Source of the DNA: Natrialbaceae archaeon Tc-Br11_E2g8 | GTDB lineage: Archaea; Halobacteriota; Halobacteria; Halobacteriales; Natrialbaceae | DNA: 29,943 nucleotides | NCBI GenBank assembly: GCA_001564115.1 | Contig: LKNG01000005.1 | Span: 1-29,943, forward strand | Direction of reading: 5' to 3' | Shown here: positions 28,010 to 29,943 of the stretch, piece by piece | Layout: each line of letters starts with the position of its first letter | Numbering within the stretch: the first letter of the stretch is position 1 | Translations under genes and position numbers: made by a program | The notes under the pieces: generated by a model | Told to the model about the DNA's origin: nothing | What the model saw: the letters and a program-made list of their open reading frames with translations, nothing else | Database searches by the model: none

Positions 28010-29103
28010 GCTATGTCGATAAACGGCGTCGCCTCGACTCTTGCCTCTTTCGGCTCGCCGCGGACGACCACCGCGAGTTCGGTTCCCGGCTCGGCGTACG
28101 CCGCGGGGACGTACGCCAGCCCGATCGGCTTCCCGAGCGTCGGGCTCATCGTCCCGCTGGTCACCGTCCCGATCGTCTCGCCGTCGGGCGTCGCGACGTC
28201 GTACCCCGTCCGCGGGATCCCGCGTTCGAGGAGCTCGAAGCCGACGAGTCGCTCCTCGGGCCCCTCGGCGGCGATCGCCGCGAGCGCGTCCCGGCCGACG
28301 AACTCCGTCTCGAGGTCGACGGCGAACTCGATGCCTGCCTCGATCGGCGTCCGGGGGTTCGACTCGTAGTCGAACTCGTTGCCACCGAGCAGGAACCCAC
28401 CCTCGAGCCGGAGGGTGTCCCGGGCGCCGAGCCCGCAGGGCTGGCAGTCGAAGGCGCTCCAGACGGTCTCGGCTTCCTCCCAGGGGAGGACGAACTCGTA
28501 GCCGTCCTCGCCGGTGTAGCCGGTTCGCCCCATCCAGCACTCGACGCCCGAGACGGTCACGTGGGTCGCGGTGAACCGGTCGACGTCCGCGCCCGGCCCG
28601 TCGAGGGCGTCGGCCACCAGCGACGGCGAGTCGGGCCCCTGGACGGCGAACATGGCACACTCCCCGGTGCGGTTCTCGACGGTCGCCTCGAGCCCCCAGG
28701 CGTCGCGGTGATCGATCCACCGGTCGTAAGCCCCCTCGTCGTGGCCGGCGTTCGGGACGAACAGGTACGACGGCGTTCCGTCCTCGTCCGGGAGCCGGTA
28801 GATGATCGTATCGTCGAGCATCGTCCCGGCCTCGTCGACGATCGCGGCGTACTGGGAGTCGCCGACGGCGAGCTCGGCGACGTCGTTGGTCGTCAGCCGG
28901 TTCATCAGCTCGCGTGCGTCCGGTCCCGTGACGACGATCTCGCCCATGTGGGAGACGTCGAAGATCCCGACGGCCTCGCGGACGGCCTCGTGTTCGGTCC
29001 GGATCGAGTCGAACTCGACGGGCATCTGCCAGCCGCCGAAGTCGGTAAACGACGCCCCGCGCTCCTCGTGAACGCCGAAAAGCGGCGGCTTCCGTACGGA
29101 CAT
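28006..29103 (-). CDS. gcvT: Aminomethyltransferase (glycine cleavage T protein)
   Basis: …[48 protein letters not shown]… is the classic GcvT N-terminus. The start is an ATG inside the longer six-frame ORF 28006..29157. Confidence 0.9.
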   Translation of the reverse strand: MSVRKPPLFGVHEERGASFTDFGGWQMPVEFDSIRTEHEAVREAVGIFDVSHMGEIVVTGPDARELMNRLTTNDVAELAVGDSQYAAIVDEAGTMLDDTIIYRLPDEDGTPSYLFVPNAGHDEGAYDRWIDHRDAWGLEATVENRTGECAMFAVQGPDSPSLVADALDGPGADVDRFTATHVTVSGVECWMGRTGYTGEDGYEFVLPWEEAETVWSAFDCQPCGLGARDTLRLEGGFLLGGNEFDYESNPRTPIEAGIEFAVDLETEFVGRDALAAIAAEGPEERLVGFELLERGIPRTGYDVATPDGETIGTVTSGTMSPTLGKPIGLAYVPAAYAEPGTELAVVVRGEPKEARVEATPFIDIA

Positions 29104-29216
29104 ACGCGAACCGACTGCGCCGGGACAGTAAGTCCTTTCGTCGCCACCTCGTCCCACTCGGCCGTCGACGGGCCGGTGTCCGTTCGTTTATGTCGACAAC
29201 CGACGAACCGTTACCG

Positions 29217-29943
29217 ATGATCGAGGCTCCCCTCCAGCTGGCCGATCCGCTTCTCGAGGAGCCGGTGATCAGGATCGGCCTGGCCGCGATACTCGGCCTG
29301 TTTCTCGGGCTGGAGCGGGAGTGGTCCGAGAAGTCGGCCGGAATCCGGACGTTCTCGCTCATCAGCCTGCTCGGGGCCGTCTTCACGATCCTCGCGCTCG
29401 AGACGGCCCTGGGGGTGAGCCTGCTGGCTCTCGGCGGCCTGCTCGTGATCGCTCAGGGCGTGTTGCTCGCCGTCGAGGGGTTGATCGGCAAGAACGACGC
29501 CGGTCTCTCGCTTACCACCTCGGTCTCGATGCTCGTCGCTTACGGCGTCGGCGCGCTGGTCGCCGCCGGATTCGTTCTCGAGGGGGTGGCCGTCGCGGTG
29601 CTCTCCTCGCTGTTGCTCGTGCTCAAGCGCGAACTCCACGAGTTCGCCGGCGGGCTCTCCCGGGCGGAGGTCCGCGCGAGCGCCGAGTTCGCGATCCTCG
29701 CGTTCGTGGTTCTCCCGCTGTTGCCCGCCGCGTACGTCCTCTCCGTCGGCGGCGTCGAGATCCCGATCGAACCGCCGGTAGTCTGGCTGATGGTCGTCGC
29801 AGTCGCCGCCATCGGTATCGTCAACTACGCGATCGTGACGACCTACGGCGGCCGGGGGATCGCCGTCACCGGCTTCGTGGGTGGGCTGGCGTCGTCGACG
29901 GCGGTCGTCGGCACGATGCTCGATCACGTCCGCCAGCGCCCCG
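29217..29943 (+). CDS. MgtC/SapB-family membrane protein, 3'-truncated by the window edge
   Basis: N-terminal signature …[35 protein letters not shown]… (GLERE…AGIRT) followed by further helices. It is not in the ORF track because no stop is reached. The minus-strand ORF 29211..29927 is its antisense shadow. Confidence 0.7.
   Translation, partial: MIEAPLQLADPLLEEPVIRIGLAAILGLFLGLEREWSEKSAGIRTFSLISLLGAVFTILALETALGVSLLALGGLLVIAQGVLLAVEGLIGKNDAGLSLTTSVSMLVAYGVGALVAAGFVLEGVAVAVLSSLLLVLKRELHEFAGGLSRAEVRASAEFAILAFVVLPLLPAAYVLSVGGVEIPIEPPVVWLMVVAVAAIGIVNYAIVTTYGGRGIAVTGFVGGLASSTAVVGTMLDHVRQRP

Noticed and set aside
29104-29216. A glycine riboswitch in the gcvT 5' region
   Set aside because: The conserved glycine-riboswitch core elements are not visible, and this riboswitch class is not established in archaea. 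The segment is simply the divergent gcvT/mgtC promoter region.

Overview
The window is a high-GC chromosomal segment, most likely from a haloarchaeon (class Halobacteria). The proteins it encodes are strongly acidic and several carry twin-arginine (Tat) lipoprotein signals of the 'RR…AGC' type. The long antisense ORFs in the six-frame track are the usual high-GC artefacts. Most of the window is housekeeping or transport genes.

In order along the window:
- 65–264: a spacer-less array of eight tandem 25-bp repeats.
- 317–2100: an ABC-2 type exporter pair (ATPase + permease).
- 2172–3110: an ArsA/GET3-type ATPase.
- 3307–6996: a complete phosphonate/phosphite uptake operon phnD-phnC-phnE-phnE, followed by a HAD-family hydrolase (7058–7762).
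- 7750–8367 (-): a regulator with two winged helix-turn-helix (wHTH) domains.
- 8444–10289 (-): a stomatin-like (SPFH/Band-7) protein and its NfeD partner.
- 10475–10558: tRNA-Leu (anticodon CAA), with a perfect 20-bp palindrome just downstream.
- 10751–14079: an IMPase/FBPase-family phosphatase, a DAO-family FAD-dependent oxidoreductase and a polytopic membrane protein.
- 14090–15400: a lower-GC stretch that contains a 560-bp AT-rich non-coding gap and a lower-GC gene for a Tat-secreted protein.
- 15408–18576: a compact UvrD-like SF1 helicase followed 19 bp later, on the same strand, by an M24 (prolidase/creatinase) homologue whose Asp/Asp/His metal ligands appear to be substituted. I read this second protein as a pseudo-peptidase.
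- 18582–20453 (-): an M50 site-2 protease with two repeat tracts in its linker, preceded by a small wHTH-like gene with a textbook archaeal TATA box.
- 20750–21571 (-): MoaE fused to a MobB-like domain with a degenerate P-loop.
- 21659–24057: pyrH and class-I lysyl-tRNA synthetase.
- 24261–27629: an acidic Tat lipoprotein, then a second M50 protease carrying PDZ-like domains.
- 27626–29103 (-): gcvH and gcvT.
- 29217–end: a 3'-truncated MgtC-family gene.

The best candidate for something undescribed is the helicase + inactive-M24 pair, together with the low-GC secreted-protein module next to it. Other things worth a second look are the CRISPR-like but spacer-less 25-bp array, the repeat-containing site-2 protease with its small wHTH partner, and several short duplications and palindromes at gene boundaries.
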